Counted from the stretch's first letter, positions 34,501 to 44,064 are shown. The stretch is DNA of 59,941 nt from a virus (IMGVR_UViG_3300037502_003163:1-59941), one strand, 5' to 3'. Numbers and translations are program-made. Notes: generated by a model from the sequence alone, not told the origin.

Positions 34501-36751
34501 GGGCAAGATTGTCCTCCCACGTAAAGGATTCATCTACCACAATCGTATCGGGAGCAGGCTGTAAATTGCCTTCACTATCCGGCACCGCCCCAACATGTAG
34601 TACTTGCAATGGTCGGTCAAAATCAGAACAAGAAAGGGTATCACCCACAACAAGATTCGTGCTGGCTGGATTATTGCTCCGGTCTCGGAGGGGTATCACA
34701 TTGGACGTCCTCCGACCGAGAATCGTCAAGCCGGGACTGAGTTCGATTGGAGAATAAAGCTGTCCTACTACGCTGATATCATTCAATGTAGACAAGACTA
34801 CGGGCAGCGAAGCATCACCCCAAGCTGAGGAGAGCAGGTAGTCCCCGGCTAGGAATGGTGAGGCAGCAGCAAATTGTACTTGGTCCGTAAAGACCCCAGC
34901 TAGGCCAATCTGCTCTGTACCAGGAACTTCGTCGTCATAGTCTCCCGACCCGACGGCGGGATTGATAACATCAAGGGTGAGTAGAGACAGGAGACTATTA
35001 TAGAACACTGACGTAATTTTAAAGGTACCGTTGTGCCGGGAATGAGACGCCCCTTTAATTGTCAGCCAATCTTCTTTTCCCGAGACGGTTGAAATGACAT
35101 TACTAATATTTCCAGTTCCGACAATGGCAGAACTATTAACGCGAAGATAATAACGGATGGTATTCCCGCTGACGTACTGCATCTTGTACAGCGGGGCCCA
35201 CCCCGTACTGCCGCCGGTAAAGGTCAGAACAGGTCTTTGTCTGTCTGGCGTCTCACCCGTCCCGTAGAAGGCCGGTCCCACATGAGGCCTACTCAAGTCC
35301 CAAGTCGAGATAACTCGTTCGTTCAGTCTGGGATAATAGGTCGGCATTGCTGCCGCCATTGGCAGGGGTAAGCCATTTTGCGCGTACATTTGGTCCGGTC
35401 TGAGTGCTGCAAAAAGATTCCCACCCAGTCCGGCTACCATATGAGTCGTGCTAGGACTCCGGTAAGAGTCAAGATGAGTAACCCATCCCCTCCGATTTAC
35501 TTCCTTTTCACTACCATAAATCGTGCTGTGGTCGAGACCGTAAACCGTGAGCTGGGGTACTGGGTCCGAGTTGGTTACTGAAAGACTGTTACCCAAAACA
35601 TACAGTTCATTGGCCCGAATCGTGCCATAATCATAGTGGACGACGATATTTTTACCGGCAGTTGTTGGGTCAAATCTTAGTTCGAGTTTCTTATTGACAT
35701 CATCATACCACACTTCATCTGGTACAATCTCGTCCAACACTACTGGATTGAGTGCGTTTTTTTCATAAACAGTATAGAAGAGATAAGGCTGCGTTACATC
35801 ATTGATGACCGCGCCAGTGAAATTGGTTTCACCAGTAAAGGCAAAAGGTATCTGGCTAGTGACGTTTCCCAAATTAGTATCAACGGTCTGATTCTGGGGT
35901 ACGGTAGCCAAGATGACTTTGTACGTACCAGCAACTGCTCCGGCCAAAGTAATAGTCACAGCACCGGTGGACTGGTTGACTGAGAACCCGTCTGGCGTTA
36001 CTTTAACCCAGTCAGCTCCATCCTGTTTAAAGAACGTATAGCGAATATTCGTACTGTTGAGATTGTGCTCACTTTGGAGTATGGTAATAGTACTTGCACC
36101 GGTAATACTATCTTTAACAAACACTTCTCCGACGATGGGCGTCCCATCCCGGTAAAAGAGATAGGTATCGATATCATTCGGGGTGCCATTGGTATAGTCA
36201 ACGTTAATGGCGTAAGTACTGGCGTTGATTCTGGTGTCGGCCAAGTAACTGTAATTGGTCAGGTTGGTTGCGGTATCAGGTTTCCCAGCTAGGCCAGTAA
36301 AGATATCGCTTGTGGTAATGTTGTGTTCTGACACATCGGCAGTGATGGTGCCTGTCGTGTTGGCCGTTAGCACTTTGGTAATGTTTGTGAACCATTCAGT
36401 GTAGTAACGAGCCCGGTCAATCGAGGTAGAGAATGAATTAGCATCATTAATGTTACTACTCCGTCCGTAGACGAGGAGCGGACTGCTAGTCAACCGAGAT
36501 AGGTCGATGCTGCTATCAAAGCGGAAGTAAATGCGTTGAGTGGCGCCACCTACTTGACGAAAGGATGTTACTCTGACGGGAATCTTTCCAGCAAAGTCAG
36601 CACTCCCTTTCCGTTTCCGGACTCGACCCTCGACAATGTCGGCATTGACCAAATCACGAACAAAGCCGTCCCGAATTTGATTTTCGGCCGACCGGGCATC
36701 AATGCCCCGACCAAAGGACGGTTCCTCAATTGTAGTGAATTGGAGTGCCAT
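31589..36751 (-). CDS. Tail nozzle / tubular protein B-like (P22 gp10-like), very large
   Basis: 1720 aa, beta-rich; follows the adaptor gene; VVFKQNSIY and GLGCTAPYSI motifs typical of nozzle proteins. Confidence 0.7.
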   Translation of the reverse strand: MALQFTTIEEPSFGRGIDARSAENQIRDGFVRDLVNADIVEGRVRKRKGSADFAGKIPVRVTSFRQVGGATQRIYFRFDSSIDLSRLTSSPLLVYGRSSNINDANSFSTSIDRARYYTEWFTNITKVLTANTTGTITADVSEHNITTSDIFTGLAGKPDTATNLTNYSYLADTRINASTYAINVDYTNGTPNDIDTYLFYRDGTPIVGEVFVKDSITGASTITILQSEHNLNSTNIRYTFFKQDGADWVKVTPDGFSVNQSTGAVTITLAGAVAGTYKVILATVPQNQTVDTNLGNVTSQIPFAFTGETNFTGAVINDVTQPYLFYTVYEKNALNPVVLDEIVPDEVWYDDVNKKLELRFDPTTAGKNIVVHYDYGTIRANELYVLGNSLSVTNSDPVPQLTVYGLDHSTIYGSEKEVNRRGWVTHLDSYRSPSTTHMVAGLGGNLFAALRPDQMYAQNGLPLPMAAAMPTYYPRLNERVISTWDLSRPHVGPAFYGTGETPDRQRPVLTFTGGSTGWAPLYKMQYVSGNTIRYYLRVNSSAIVGTGNISNVISTVSGKEDWLTIKGASHSRHNGTFKITSVFYNSLLSLLTLDVINPAVGSGDYDDEVPGTEQIGLAGVFTDQVQFAAASPFLAGDYLLSSAWGDASLPVVLSTLNDISVVGQLYSPIELSPGLTILGRRTSNVIPLRDRSNNPASTNLVVGDTLSCSDFDRPLQVLHVGAVPDSEGNLQPAPDTIVVDESFTWEDNLALPTALSVVGRWLPAEVPVSPVTDPDYANYALIPKTVVQQLSANTYDNQPFLRSAMVQNNLYLTNGDDEVYKYDGYNFYRAGMIPWQPGLFLTTETTASGGIPLASAIADDASGNTLELIGSRIKVDKAHAEAFSLNDLVIIRDGTVSPTIDHYLTIKSIDTETSGTHSFFTFKEPLPFTSLGSGSTVQMITTYQARYYFRLNIKDVNGVTTASAVTGAEDFVAVIAPTTPTQYKINLRLVNLPAWDQYDFTNKNVEIETYRTLWTTAAVGEVPVFYRLPPTKIATFAGPDGYIDIVDTYSNRTLSLTDVVVGTLSPDTIPAAWDEPPKAKYITTAGNRLVLANLTNWPTLDISYLSPTTTQSTFAGQKITFRKDASNTTLSPTTNMTDFISYELRNTGATSVSAIVPTAGQFTFTTIPTREIVSGDWVYLYFTTAGGHPLSVCGWWQIASATAYTAGNPVTCTVKCSGTLVAPDLTTHYVSALFATTAKDIPVNINADQNMGMLNGQTVNFEAPITRIIRRIGMAINTTMRMVDITLPAYTTFTPWLIARSESDTGNRLLVTQPRAEVLLPAVSISTVAGISAYVNGAAVKTGTEIIPAAVTRYPSRLAVSYENYPEIFDNLWTVNPDGSASVIDVNSADGQEITGVIPFFGESAFGASLQSGVLVVFKQNSIYLVDLAAKAAGQNAVQRLETQGLGCTAPYSIAPTKDGIAFANDSGIYVLRRNQRIEYLGRFIERLWQGAVRKDFLDIVQGHHYGVGRQYKLSVPITGEGSLDYAQNSQVYVYNHTGEEADNLGGWGRYTNHPVTGWANLFQDAFYASVNGSVMRLRNLGEEYDYQDGANAIESILDGRATSFGNTAVRKVVASVVVNYRSGSNSDSTSVETSVDLNREYSPSTAFRVISQPGLVDGLSTVSGQEIVSIMHSIGRRRCMYMAVRITNIGRNENVEIAGISYSVAGLSTAGVKQAAETE

Positions 36752-36756
36752 GGTAA

Positions 36757-36900
36757 TTATTTCTTTTTGGATTGTTTCTTACTTTTTCCCGCGCTCTCCA
36801 GGGCGATGGCGATACTCTGCTTTTGTGGGTAGCCTTCGTCCATTAGCTTCTTGATATTGCTGCTAACAACTTTGTCTGATTTACCCTTCTTAAGCGGCAT
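36757..36900 (-). CDS. Small basic phage protein (47 aa)
   Basis: MPLKKGKS...SSNI...GYPQKQSIAIAL; AAGGA SD. Confidence 0.7.
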   Translation of the reverse strand: MPLKKGKSDKVVSSNIKKLMDEGYPQKQSIAIALESAGKSKKQSKKK

Positions 36901-36917
36901 AAAAAATTCCTTAAATG

Positions 36918-37172
36918 TTACCACGCTGGGCTACGGCATGCCCAGTATCCTGCAGTCAATTTATCTTTTTTCTCGTCACAGTTGTGTCTGTCTCGGAAGG
37001 CTTTACGTCTTTTGGGGTCATCGGGGTGATTGGGCATATCAGCGTCACCATACCGAATTAGCTTTTCCTTGTCCCCGACCTTCGCTTTCACAATATAGTC
37101 ATGCTCGCCGTCATTGGCGCGGCGGGGCTGATTGGCTGGCATCCTATCTTTGAGTGATTTTACCGATGCCAT
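36918..37172 (-). CDS. Conserved basic phage protein
   Basis: KLIRYGD...RRKAFRDRHNCD...AGYWAC. Confidence 0.7.
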   Translation of the reverse strand: MASVKSLKDRMPANQPRRANDGEHDYIVKAKVGDKEKLIRYGDADMPNHPDDPKRRKAFRDRHNCDEKKDKLTAGYWACRSPAW

Positions 37173-37173
37173 A

Positions 37174-38154
37174 TTAGTCCCTACTCCGGAGGTAGTAGTT
37201 GTAGGGAGGGAGGCCGAACGAAGCACTCCGTTTCGAGATGCGGATGGTGGTTTCCCTACCCGCCCACGTGCGTTTGACCTGGTCCTCAAACTTGGCCAGG
37301 ACTTGTTCCTCTTCAACTGAGTTGATACCTAGCTGGCGGGACAACTCTGCTACCGCGTATTGGATGAGGAAGTTACTGGTCGGACTCGCTAAGTACGGGA
37401 CGCAAGTTCCGGCCGCTACACAGACGTAGTCGTCTTTACTGACTCCGGTGTCAGCGAGTGAGGTCAAGATTTCCTTACCGAAAACTGAAGTTCGGCCATT
37501 GGGGGGTAGCGCGGTCCGGATTGTTATCCGACCATCATCGATGGCAGCAATTTGAAAGGTGCCACGAACTTCCCCGGTCCGGCTATTAATGATGTTAATA
37601 AAGTTATCTAATTGGTCGGTTTCAGTTGTGAGGTCGGAGCCTACCGTGTCTACGACGACGTAATTGTTATTGCTTCCCACGGTTGTTATCCTACCTTGAG
37701 GGAGGACTAACTGTTCGGGATACTTCACATACCACAACCTGGCGTCATATGTACCAGACGGGGTTGGGAGGAGGCGTATCTTTCTACCTACCACGGCATA
37801 ATAGTACGGTGTCGGGCTATTGCTACCTGATTCATAATTAGTAATATCCCTGTAAGATATCCGTTCCACTTCTTGGTAGATACCGCCGCCAATTGCCATT
37901 TCCAACTTGACTATCCTGTCCTCGTAAACATCTTCGGGGAGGGAATATTCGGTATCAGTGGTAATGTCGAGAGTAGTGTACGCCAAGAAGGGGTCAACAT
38001 AATGTTTGGCGTAAATGTCAACAGCGTACTCGAGGGCGCGATTGAGCGCAGGAACGATGTCCCGCTCCGTGTCGATAGTGTCCCGATTGAGTTCATCAAT
38101 ACGGGCTCGAACCGACTCGGCCATCTGTTCTACGGTGTAAAGCGGCCTAGCCAC
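37174..38154 (-). CDS. Head-tail adaptor / tail tubular protein A-like
   Basis: LNRA, EYSLPED and IRLLPTP motifs; lies before the nozzle gene. Confidence 0.7.
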   Translation of the reverse strand: MARPLYTVEQMAESVRARIDELNRDTIDTERDIVPALNRALEYAVDIYAKHYVDPFLAYTTLDITTDTEYSLPEDVYEDRIVKLEMAIGGGIYQEVERISYRDITNYESGSNSPTPYYYAVVGRKIRLLPTPSGTYDARLWYVKYPEQLVLPQGRITTVGSNNNYVVVDTVGSDLTTETDQLDNFINIINSRTGEVRGTFQIAAIDDGRITIRTALPPNGRTSVFGKEILTSLADTGVSKDDYVCVAAGTCVPYLASPTSNFLIQYAVAELSRQLGINSVEEEQVLAKFEDQVKRTWAGRETTIRISKRSASFGLPPYNYYLRSRD

Positions 38155-38157
38155 TTG

Positions 38158-38445
38158 TTACCCCATCATCTCGTCGTCGTACTCTTCGACGTCTTCTTCA
38201 CCCATTTCGGACATTTCCATGTCCTCTTCGCCGCCCATCTTGCTCATGAGGCCACGCTTTTTCAGCTCGGCCATCAGCTCTTCGTCAGAGATGGTATCAA
38301 GGGAGGGAGCTTCAGCGGAAGGTTCCATTTCGGCAGTAGTTGCACTTTCTTCGGACATGTCCGCTTCGGGACCCATCTCCGCATCAAGCTCTTCGATATA
38401 GATTTCTTCCCGTTTAGGCATCTTCATTTTCTTTAACATGGGCAT
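38158..38445 (-). CDS. Acidic hypothetical protein
   Basis: AAGGAG SD; Glu/Met-rich. Confidence 0.65.
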   Translation of the reverse strand: MPMLKKMKMPKREEIYIEELDAEMGPEADMSEESATTAEMEPSAEAPSLDTISDEELMAELKKRGLMSKMGGEEDMEMSEMGEEDVEEYDDEMMG

Positions 38446-38449
38446 ATTA

Positions 38450-38665
38450 TTAGGCTCCTTTAAAGTAGAGGCTAGCCAGAAACCCGGCTGCTGCTAGTAT
38501 TAACGTGGTGATAATTTTGGCGTGACCCCGTAGCCACTCAATGGAGGCCTCGGCCGAGGATAGGCGACCCAGGTGGTCATCGAGCTTTTCTTCAACTCGT
38601 TCCAACCTCTTGTCAACACTATCAAATCTGCTGTCTAAGTGTTCTCTTAACTCAGAATCAGACAC
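38450..38665 (-). CDS. Coiled-coil protein with C-terminal TM (XhlA/holin-like)
   Basis: GGAGG SD; coil followed by one hydrophobic helix. Confidence 0.6.
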   Translation of the reverse strand: MSDSELREHLDSRFDSVDKRLERVEEKLDDHLGRLSSAEASIEWLRGHAKIITTLILAAAGFLASLYFKGA

Positions 38666-38697
38666 GGCACGGGGACCTCCGGGAAAGGGGTATGGTC

Positions 38698-38726
38698 AGA
38701 TTAACACGGTAACTACTTGATGTCAA
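38698..38726 (-). promoter_or_regulatory. sigma-70-type promoter
   Basis: TTGACA-N17-TAATCT. Confidence 0.7.
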
Positions 38727-38730
38727 GCGG

Positions 38731-39594
38731 TTACTTTTCTATAGTTGGTGCCCGGTCGAGGATGATTCTTGCCGCCAGTAGCCAATGCACTAAGTGATAA
38801 CTATGGTGGCCCCTGACATAGGAAGGGGAAATATAGTCAGACGTCAGCAAAAGGGCCCCCATCATGTACTTTCCGGCCACAGCTTGGGCAAGGGCATCGG
38901 TGGGGAAGGTAACTGCTAGATATTGTTCAGTGGCTTCGTTGCCATACTGGGGACCACCTAGCTCCTGTTCCATATAGCGGGACAGTAACGCGAGATGACT
39001 TTCATAATCACCGTCAGTGGGGCCGTATATCAGGGGGGCATGTCTGACGGCATAGTCTCTTTTTCCATCGGACAACTTGTACAGTATTCGGGCCATCAAC
39101 GTAATCCCGTTCGGACGCAGAATGACCCTACTCACATAATACTCTGGGTAGCCCATTATCCAGTTATGGTCTTCGCCGTAAGTATATATCCTATGGACGG
39201 TATCGGCATCCCCGGAGGCCAGGAGGCCGAGGATTAGACCCGTTATCATATCATTGCTAGTCGAGGTGGCACTCTCCTCAGGTACCACACAATCCCGAAG
39301 GGGGCGTCTCGTCGTCCGGCCGTCGGGACGGACACCCGCGTCTACTTCGACCCAGTCCGCACCAGCAGCTCGGGCCACCCCAGCCCATAGGGCAGAGTCA
39401 CAGTCGTGGTCAGAGGGCCACTTCGATATGTGTTCCCGTGATAAATCACGGAGTTCCCCCAGTTTACTGACGTATTGCGCCGATAGGCGGTCGCGCAAAG
39501 ACGGACTCACTGGCTGAGGCTTTCCGCAGGCGGCGGCTGTGAAAAGTAAAATGAATGCTTTTACGAGAAAAAGAAACAAATATGGTAATTTCAT
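38731..39594 (-). CDS. Lipoprotein of unknown function (alpha-helical)
   Basis: Signal peptide with lipobox AAA|C. Confidence 0.7.
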   Translation of the reverse strand: MKLPYLFLFLVKAFILLFTAAACGKPQPVSPSLRDRLSAQYVSKLGELRDLSREHISKWPSDHDCDSALWAGVARAAGADWVEVDAGVRPDGRTTRRPLRDCVVPEESATSTSNDMITGLILGLLASGDADTVHRIYTYGEDHNWIMGYPEYYVSRVILRPNGITLMARILYKLSDGKRDYAVRHAPLIYGPTDGDYESHLALLSRYMEQELGGPQYGNEATEQYLAVTFPTDALAQAVAGKYMMGALLLTSDYISPSYVRGHHSYHLVHWLLAARIILDRAPTIEK

Positions 39595-39600
39595 TCTATA

Positions 39601-39641
39601 CCCCTGTAACGGGCACTGACGTGCCTTTTGCTTTGTGTTCT
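39601..39641 (-). promoter_or_regulatory. Conserved hairpin element (copy 3 of 3)
   Basis: Minus strand AGAACACAAAGCAAAA-GGCAC-GTCA-GTGCC-CGTTACAGGGG. Confidence 0.55.
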
Positions 39642-39643
39642 AG

Positions 39644-39682
39644 AAACAGAAAGGCCCCCGCAGCTATGATGCCACGGGGGCC
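39644..39682 (-). terminator. Rho-independent terminator
   Basis: GGCCCCCG...CGGGGGCC followed by TTTCTGTTT on the minus strand. Confidence 0.75.
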
Positions 39683-39730
39683 ACAGATTGTCTACAAGAG
39701 GTTACGCGATAGCCACCTTTGGTGTCTTTG

Positions 39731-42469
39731 CTACGCGATGCGGATAGCAAACCCAGAAATGGTAACGTTTCTGGCTATACCACCCGAGTAACTTTTAGCA
39801 TAAATAGCTTGCGTACTAGAAACAACCATAACCTGTAAGCAAGACAGAGGCATGTTGCAGGGCTCAGTGGTTGCTGTGTAACTAAATGGCAAATCCAAGT
39901 AAGCTACGGAACCACTGAAGTCGTTATTATTGTTTGTAGCACAATACGCCTTCATGTTGGTAATCGAGGTTGAAGGAGTAAATGATGCCCTAGGGACGAG
40001 TAACCATACACCAGCCGTCAGCGTTGTCAACGCAGTCGGTGCAGCAACAACGGAGTTTAGTACGCCAGTAGTTGTTTGTGCAGTAAATGAAAGTACTTCA
40101 CCCACATACCCGCCCGCAATGGCGTTACCCGTAGTATTGCCTGCCAGACCGGCTGCAGACACCAATCCAGCGGAAACGCCGGGTTGGACCAGGCCAAAAC
40201 CAACAGCTGCTCCGGCCTTTTCCTTTTTCACTCGCCAATACGTTGTTGCCGGAGTAGTCCAAGACGTTGTTACCCCACTGGAATATCTACCAAAAAATAC
40301 ATGGACATCTGTCGCGGCCAGCGTTCCGGGACTCCACAAACCAACGCCAATGTTATTGGTTCCGTCAAAGCGAAGAGTATCGACGTTAACCCCGCTTGAA
40401 CCAACCAATGCCCCTGCTGGGTACCATGTTTTTTGGTCAGTACTTAGTTCAACGGTTAGTTTATCGCTTGGTTGAATCGGTGTAGGAAAACGAACTTGCC
40501 GTTTAAGCTGGGCAGTAATCGCTTGGATTTGGGCACCCGATGGTCCGTAAGCGAATGATGAGGTGTCGTCGGCTGAGGTAGATGTACTGCTGTTGTAAGC
40601 ATACTCCACATCATTTTGGGCCAGCTGTACCGTACCACTGCCCGCCCATTCTGCAACTTTACATTCGGCAGTAAACCAAATAACATCTCCGTTTGCTACG
40701 GAAGTACCAACAAGAGATTGGTCAGCTACGTTATACGTAGGCATAAACCGAAAACCGGTAGTTGATACAGCAGTCGAGTGGTTAATAATTAAACTTTTTT
40801 CATTTGAGGCGTTAAACCAGGTACCGTTACCAACTGCCACGGTTCCGCTATCCACTGCACTGATAGTCAGACCTGCGGGCAATGACCATATAATGGCTCC
40901 CGAACCAGCTCCCGTAGCCGTAACATTTAACCGACCACGGACTTGAATTTGGTCGCCACGCCGTGCATACTCTGCGTAACCAATGGTATAAGCAGAGGTA
41001 AGACCAGTAATAGTCGGAGTGTAATTCGTCCAAGCACTAACAACCGCACCTTGAGGCTGGATTCCTGGTCCACAAACTACGTTTGCTAAGTAGATAGTGG
41101 CTGCACTCGCTGCTGTACGGACGAGTCTTATTTCATAGTAATCCGCCGTTGCCGTATCAAACGTCGTGGAATACTTCCCATTGAGGTTGGGGATACTACT
41201 CGTGCCAGAGCTGTCGGTAGATAGTGCCAGCTCCGTATAGGCACCACTGTAATCAGACGAGGCATTGGTATAGACTTCGACCTTATAAGCTCCCGACGAG
41301 AGGCTGGAGGCGATTTGAAACCATTCCAGTTTCAGCTTCCGGTTCTTGAGAGCGGACGGCATCGTGAATCTGGTACGGGCATACCCGTTCAGTGTTGAAG
41401 ACGCGATGCTGATACTGCTGTCGATGACTCCAGCCAAGGGATTGTTGGCCGCGGTAGTGTTGGTAGTGACGGTGGCGTTGACACCAGTCCATTGGCCGGC
41501 ATCTGAAGGAGTATCAACAAGATTGACTTCCCCACTCCCACTCGCACCCAATTCCTCAGCAGAGGCTGAACCGGCTTTCCTGACGTAGATTTTCCCGTCA
41601 GTACCGGCAAATAGTCTAGCCTCACCTGTAGTGGGGGCTGCCGGGGTAGATGATTGCCCTTCCAACTCAACAAAGCCCATCCCAGCCGTACCATTAATGT
41701 ACGCGAATTGGAGTAAAGATTGACCTGTCGCTTCGAGGTTGGCAGTAGTCAAGTTGCCAGCCACACCAAGAGCGGAGAGGTTGGTCGCCCCTGCTCCGTC
41801 TCGGGAGACGATGGTCGATGGGGTAGCTGATGAGGTAGCTGTAGTAGCGGAGTTCGCCACTTTACCAGCTGTGGAAATAGTAGCTAGCTTTGTGTCGGCA
41901 ATAGCCGCTGCCGAAGCAATATCCGCGTTGACGATACTACTTGCAAGATTGAGTTTACTGTACGCGATAGCAGCAGTCGACTTGATGTTGGCGTTATCAA
42001 TGACGTCGTCAGCGACAACAGTAGCAGATTGGGTGCCGGTCACTTCTCCCGACAAACTGCCACTGAACGAGGTAGCCGTTGTTGCGGTAGACGCGTTTCC
42101 GGAAAGCGAAGCGGTAATGGTGCCGGCGCTGAAGTTCCCACTCCCATCTCGAGCCACGATAGCGGAAGGGGTATTGGCGTCGGTAGCAGTGGTAGCGGAA
42201 TTGGATACTTTGCCAGCCGTGCTAATGGTGGCCAGTTTCGTGTCGACGATACCCGCTCCTGCGGCAATGTCGTCGTTATCAATTTGGGCCAAGTCCTTGA
42301 CAATGATGTCTTTGACTACGGCACTGCCGGAGTTGTTAACCAAGTCAGGCAACCGAAAGGTAACATCCGTTTGACTTCCTGTTTGTTGTGCCGCGTCAAG
42401 TTTTGTTTCCCGGCCGCCGGACCGGAAGACAATTTTAACTAACTCAGATAATGTTCCATAGAGGCGCAT
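39731..42469 (-). CDS. Tail fibre / receptor-binding protein
   Basis: 912 aa, Ser/Thr/Ala/Gly-rich, with repeated DTKLATISTAGKV and IVARDGSG motifs. Confidence 0.75.
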   Translation of the reverse strand: MRLYGTLSELVKIVFRSGGRETKLDAAQQTGSQTDVTFRLPDLVNNSGSAVVKDIIVKDLAQIDNDDIAAGAGIVDTKLATISTAGKVSNSATTATDANTPSAIVARDGSGNFSAGTITASLSGNASTATTATSFSGSLSGEVTGTQSATVVADDVIDNANIKSTAAIAYSKLNLASSIVNADIASAAAIADTKLATISTAGKVANSATTATSSATPSTIVSRDGAGATNLSALGVAGNLTTANLEATGQSLLQFAYINGTAGMGFVELEGQSSTPAAPTTGEARLFAGTDGKIYVRKAGSASAEELGASGSGEVNLVDTPSDAGQWTGVNATVTTNTTAANNPLAGVIDSSISIASSTLNGYARTRFTMPSALKNRKLKLEWFQIASSLSSGAYKVEVYTNASSDYSGAYTELALSTDSSGTSSIPNLNGKYSTTFDTATADYYEIRLVRTAASAATIYLANVVCGPGIQPQGAVVSAWTNYTPTITGLTSAYTIGYAEYARRGDQIQVRGRLNVTATGAGSGAIIWSLPAGLTISAVDSGTVAVGNGTWFNASNEKSLIINHSTAVSTTGFRFMPTYNVADQSLVGTSVANGDVIWFTAECKVAEWAGSGTVQLAQNDVEYAYNSSTSTSADDTSSFAYGPSGAQIQAITAQLKRQVRFPTPIQPSDKLTVELSTDQKTWYPAGALVGSSGVNVDTLRFDGTNNIGVGLWSPGTLAATDVHVFFGRYSSGVTTSWTTPATTYWRVKKEKAGAAVGFGLVQPGVSAGLVSAAGLAGNTTGNAIAGGYVGEVLSFTAQTTTGVLNSVVAAPTALTTLTAGVWLLVPRASFTPSTSITNMKAYCATNNNNDFSGSVAYLDLPFSYTATTEPCNMPLSCLQVMVVSSTQAIYAKSYSGGIARNVTISGFAIRIA

Positions 42470-42474
42470 AATTA

Positions 42475-43146
42475 CTATCCTTTTTTCTTTTTGTATTTGG
42501 TTCGAGCACTATTACTCTCCCCGTTAAGATACCAAAAATTTAACTTGTGTCGAGTAGAACTTGCTTGTGTATACCCGATTAATACTCGACTAATACTAGC
42601 AGCTGGAATTTTGAGGTCATTTTCGGCAGCTAAAAGACTGTCGTAAGTTTTTCCATTCGAGCAACCGATTGGTGTATTAAATTTGGCACGAATTGATTGG
42701 GCTCGGCGGGCTAACACTTCAGGACCAAATTCCTGCTTTTCTCGTGCTTCCCTAATCCTTTCCCTGGTTTCTTCTGATACTTTACGGTTTCTCATCCGGG
42801 CTAGTGTTTCCTCAGAAAGTTTGGCACCGAGGCGAGTTACCGTGTTAGTATTCAAATTATACTCAGGGGATGCCATTTGAATCCACCAGTGTTCCATTCC
42901 AGCACAATACTCGGGTTCATGTTCTTCGATTACCCAAAACACAAAAGCTTCTGACCCGTATTTGTTCCAAGCATTTTGTAGATATCTATTGCCGTGCTTA
43001 TTTTTATTCAGGTCACTTTTGTGCTGATGGAATCTAAGATAAAGACACCGAGCAGCACTCCCAATGTACCGGTTTCCTGTCACATGATTTTCTATCATGT
43101 AGATTCCCGTTTTCTTTTTCCATGTAATACCATTGTCGAAATTCAT
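42475..43146 (-). CDS. GIY-YIG homing endonuclease with NUMOD3-like tail
   Basis: GIYMIEN...YIGSA, LQNAWNKYG, EYN and repeated SEET motifs. Confidence 0.9.
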   Translation of the reverse strand: MNFDNGITWKKKTGIYMIENHVTGNRYIGSAARCLYLRFHQHKSDLNKNKHGNRYLQNAWNKYGSEAFVFWVIEEHEPEYCAGMEHWWIQMASPEYNLNTNTVTRLGAKLSEETLARMRNRKVSEETRERIREAREKQEFGPEVLARRAQSIRAKFNTPIGCSNGKTYDSLLAAENDLKIPAASISRVLIGYTQASSTRHKLNFWYLNGESNSARTKYKKKKG

Positions 43147-43217
43147 GCATAGGACACCTTTCTGTGGGGTTGCTGCCCCGGTTATACTAACCGCCCTCCA
43201 TGGGCGGCTCATTCCCC

Positions 43218-43245
43218 TTATCGGCTGATAAGGGTCTTAGCTTTA
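43218..43245 (-). promoter_or_regulatory. sigma-28-type promoter for the GIY-YIG gene
   Basis: TAAAGCTA-N12-GCCGATAA; -10 box lies within an 8-bp inverted repeat (43215-43234). Confidence 0.6.
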
Positions 43246-44064
43246 GCACTTTATGAGGACGACCCTGTAATTCGGGGAGATGCCAGAGGGTACCGATAGT
43301 GTCAAGCTATTGACGTCAGTCGTTCTATCCACGTTGTCGAAGTATATCGGTTCCCCAGTACTCTTGTCCCAAGCGGCTAATTGGACGTCAGCTGTACCCA
43401 AGTTATGATTGAGGGTTATCGATGACCCGCTGGTCCAATCCGCCTTGTACGTTTCCATCCCGCTGCCGGTAGAGGAAACCGTTCCCCACTCCAGCGATGA
43501 CCCATCCGAGCTGAGTTTCAAATACTTGTCACTATTCCCATCAAAGGAGGGCAAGAGGCTACCTGATAGGCTGCCCGTGATGGCCGACACATTGACTTTC
43601 CCAGTACTCGCAATCGTGGCCAGCTTCGAGTCGTCGATTGCTGCGTTTGCGGCGATGTCACTGTTCTTAATGCTGCCGGATAGGAGGAGAGACGCATAAC
43701 CGATATTACTGAGCAAGTTGGTACTACCACTAATTGACTTATTGGTCAGGGTATTAAGGGAGTCTTCGGTCAGAAGTGCGCCAGCCCCACCAGCAACGTC
43801 GAAGCTAGAGGCAAAAAACTTGACAGCGACCGGCTGGGCAGAAGTTCCGATATGAACCTCGCCACCACTAGCAGAACCCCCCACTTCGCTGGCTTCCGGC
43901 TTGAGGACGATATTGCCTCTGGAGCGTAGCTCGAGGTCGTCAGTTTCCCCGACGGCAAAGGAATTGCCCAAGGCGTCTAGCCTCGCTAGATTGACACTAG
44001 CCTGTTGAGATAGGTCAGTCCTGATTTTGAGGCGTAGATATCGAGTAAGTGTTGAGAAGGCCAT
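43243..44064 (-). CDS. Fibre/structural protein, paralog of 44141..45640
   Basis: Shared TLTRYL.LK N-terminus and HNL/HSL C-terminal domain. Confidence 0.65.
   Translation of the reverse strand: MAFSTLTRYLRLKIRTDLSQQASVNLARLDALGNSFAVGETDDLELRSRGNIVLKPEASEVGGSASGGEVHIGTSAQPVAVKFFASSFDVAGGAGALLTEDSLNTLTNKSISGSTNLLSNIGYASLLLSGSIKNSDIAANAAIDDSKLATIASTGKVNVSAITGSLSGSLLPSFDGNSDKYLKLSSDGSSLEWGTVSSTGSGMETYKADWTSGSSITLNHNLGTADVQLAAWDKSTGEPIYFDNVDRTTDVNSLTLSVPSGISPNYRVVLIKC

Noticed and set aside
39731-42469. Diversity-generating retroelement target
   Set aside because: No reverse transcriptase and no template/variable repeat pair seen
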